Shown here in pieces: positions 61,479 through 64,000 of a DNA stretch of 64,000 bases (its first letter is position 1; each line of letters starts with the position of its first letter). The translations under genes were made by a program, and so were the position numbers. The DNA comes from Podarcis filfolensis. Taxonomy: Eukaryota. The DNA lies in assembly GCA_964270895.1 (NCBI GenBank), contig OZ185436.1. One strand, written 5' to 3'. The notes below the pieces were generated by a model. That model searched no databases and was not told the origin of the DNA. It was given only the letters and a program-made list of their open reading frames with translations.

Positions 61479-62020
61479 CAGGGGTCAGCAAACTTTTTCA
61501 GCAGGCGGCCGGTCCACTGTCCTCAGACCTTGTGAGGGGGGCCGACTATATTTTTTTGGGAAAAATATGAACGAATTTCTATGCCCCACAAATAACCTAC
61601 CTCACATGGTTATTGTGGGGATTAAATGAAGGAGGGGAGAGTCATATATGCCACCTTGAGCTCCTTGGAAGAAAAGGTGGGATATAAATACAACAACTAA
61701 AATGAAATAATCCCTGAGATCACTGGATGAAACAATGGTTTTAACTGTAATAGTTTTTAGAATGTTTTAAAACATGGGTAGGAAAACTAAGGCCCGGGCG
61801 CCAGATCCGGCCCAATCGCCTTCTAAATCCGGCCAGCGGAAAGTCCAGGAATCAGCATGTTTTTACATGAGTGAATGTATCCTTTGATTTGAAATGCATC
61901 TCTGGGTTATTTGTGGGGCATAGGAATTTTTTAATTTTTTCCCTCCAAAATATAGTCCGGTTCCCCCACAAGGTCTGAGGGACAGTGGACCGGCCACCTG
62001 CTGAAAAACTTTGCTGACTC
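61479..62020. mobile_element. hAT (Charlie-like) non-autonomous element with about 115-bp TIRs and a nested L2-tail SINE fragment
   Basis: Starts CAGGGGTCAGCAAACTTTTT; the reverse-complement arm lies at about 61900-62020; insert at about 61598-61710. Confidence 0.8.
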
Positions 62021-62279
62021 ATTTTAAAATGTATCTTTTTTAGGTGTTTTTAACAGTTTTGAAATTTATTTATTTTTAAGACTGGCTGTCCTTGCTGCCC
62101 TGGGCTCCTTCGGAAAAGTGTGAACAGAATTTCAGATAAATAAATACATAAATGAGGCAGCTTCCTATGTTGAGACTAAATGAGGCTTACAATAGAACTA
62201 GTCTCACTGGTTTCCTGATTGTCAGTACGTTACGTGTTTGCCTCTGCCTACATGTGGGAGCCAGGACTGATCGATTGCA

Positions 62280-62460
62280 TTTATATCCCATATTTTCAAG
62301 GAATTGGAGGTGGCTTGCATGATTCTCTCCCTCCTTGTTTAATCCCCACAACAACCCTGATAGGAATACTAGACTGAGAGGCAGTGACTGGCCAATGTCA
62401 CCCAGTGAGCTTCATGGCTGAATGGGGAATTCAACCCTGACCTCACAGATCCAATTGGAG
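62280..62460 (-). mobile_element. MIR-like / L2-tail SINE
   Basis: atccccacaacaaccctg...cagtgactggccaatgtcacccagtgagcttcatggctga core. Related pieces at about 11170-11250, 19480-19610 and 39720-39825. Confidence 0.6.
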
Positions 62461-63657
62461 AACAGCCTTTACCAAAGGTGTCATGGGCTTTGAAGATGCT
62501 CAAACTCAGGACAAAAGGGAGAAACGTGCTAAGAGGAAGGCACACTTGGCAAATCCATACTGTGATTAACTCCCGCCAGAAAACCTATATCCCCACTGTG
62601 GAAGGATGTGTGGATCCAGAATTGGCCTGCACAGTCACTTACAGACTCACTGTTAAGACCATGTTTATGGAAGACAATCTTACACGGCTACAAATGATCG
62701 CCAAAGAAGAAGAATCCTGACATTCTAACTACTACACCACACTGGCTCTCCGGACTTTACCATTGATGCTCACAATGATCACATGTAAATTATTAAAAAT
62801 TTCTTTGTTGCAGACAATGCAACTTCTTCACTGGGGTTATGATCTGTCTGCCAACTTGCTTTTCAAAAGGGTCAAAATTAATTAATCAAACACAACTGCA
62901 GAATCAAAACACGGTTAAATCGAAACTGTGAAACTCACTTTAAACAAGTGTTGCTGTTCTGCATGACTAGAAACAAACCACCCAAAACACTAATTGTGAA
63001 TTCAAAATAAAGAAGCAAAATGGAAAGGATATTTTCTTAATTGCAGTTGACAACTGTATGCAAAAAGCACAGAGCTAGCCTGTCTCTAGCGGAATTCCGT
63101 ATTCATATCAGCTAAGTAATGCCGGCTCTCAAGAAGCATCTTCATGATACAAGTACTTTGAAACATTTATAAATCTAGGGGATGTCCTTCCAGGATCCTT
63201 TATTGGTGAATAAGCAAAATCACGAAACTCTTAGTTGAAGTGCTCACTCATAGGTAAAGGCTAGTTGTCATTCCTCAGGTCACAGTAGGATGGTTTAATG
63301 ACCCAGTGGAGAATGTGAAAAGATTGAGGGGTAGCAAAGCGGAAAGGCTCGCAGAAGCATGATGCCATGACTTGACAGAAGAATCCTCTTATGCAAACCA
63401 TGCTATGCAAATTAATAATAAGTCACAGACCATGCTGGCGCCTGCAATCCCCCCCTCCCCATCTATAGGAAATGTTAAGCCAAATATGGTTTAAAACATA
63501 TTACATTTAAATAATAATAATGTAAGCCTTTTTACACAAAAGGGATATGAGGACGAGGCTGGAACTTCTTATCTAGAAAGGATTAACAATGGAAGGTCTT
63601 TTCAAGAAGTAATGAAGTAATTAAGTGAATGGGAATTTTGAGATTAAAGGCTCTTAC

Positions 63658-63776
63658 CGAATGACCATACATCAGATTTGGTACTATACCGACTATAGGA
63701 GAAAACCTCTGGTGCTGACCATTTGATGGGGAATTTGGTGCCCATGGAGCTGGTATACTGATCATCAAGGACGTAT
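63658..63776 (-). CDS. ITK: ITK kinase-domain exon ([40 protein letters not shown])
   Basis: 119 nt, tag/gtaaga. Tec-family activation-loop motif. ITK rather than another Tec kinase is assigned from its position upstream of CYFIP2 and from the C-terminus. Confidence 0.9.
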
Positions 63777-64000
63777 CTAAAACAGAGCAACGTGTTTAAG
63801 GCCACAACCCATTTGAATGATTCCAGGGTCCACATTACACAAACACCATTGTACACAGGGAAAGGCTGCAGCTCCATGGCAGAATGCATACATTGCAAGC
63901 ATAAGAATCTGTTCTCAGGATCTCATACAATATTGTGGGTGAGTATTGGGGGATTTTTGGGGGGGGGGGAGTTACTGTTTTAGTTTGAGTTATTTACTTG

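Overview
Vertebrate genomic DNA. The repeat content (CR1 and L2 LINE fragments, tRNA-derived SINEs, hAT and Tc1/mariner MITEs) points to a squamate reptile, probably a lacertid lizard; the species is an inference. Two genes lie in tandem on the minus strand. CYFIP2 spans about 5.1-56.8 kb: a CpG-island first exon and coding exons 2-28 (3207 nt, codons 1-1069, all GT-AG introns, nearly identical to the human protein as I recall it); the last exons lie left of the window. The last three exons of ITK lie at 60.1-63.8 kb, in the same order as at the mammalian ITK-CYFIP2 locus. Most long non-exonic ORFs in the track are chance or repeat-derived. I found no convincing new gene system. The best leads are: (1) an exon 10/intron 10 hairpin that covers the K320 A-to-I recoding codon and buries the 5' splice site; (2) a 33-nt U6 snRNA retrocopy with a perfect 20-22-bp target-site duplication; (3) a roughly 94%-identical inverted duplication bracketing the CYFIP2 promoter, with a microhomology jump and a micro-inversion; (4) no intact FNDC9 ORF in the intron that hosts it in mammals. 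All alignments and coordinates were done by eye and no database searches were run.
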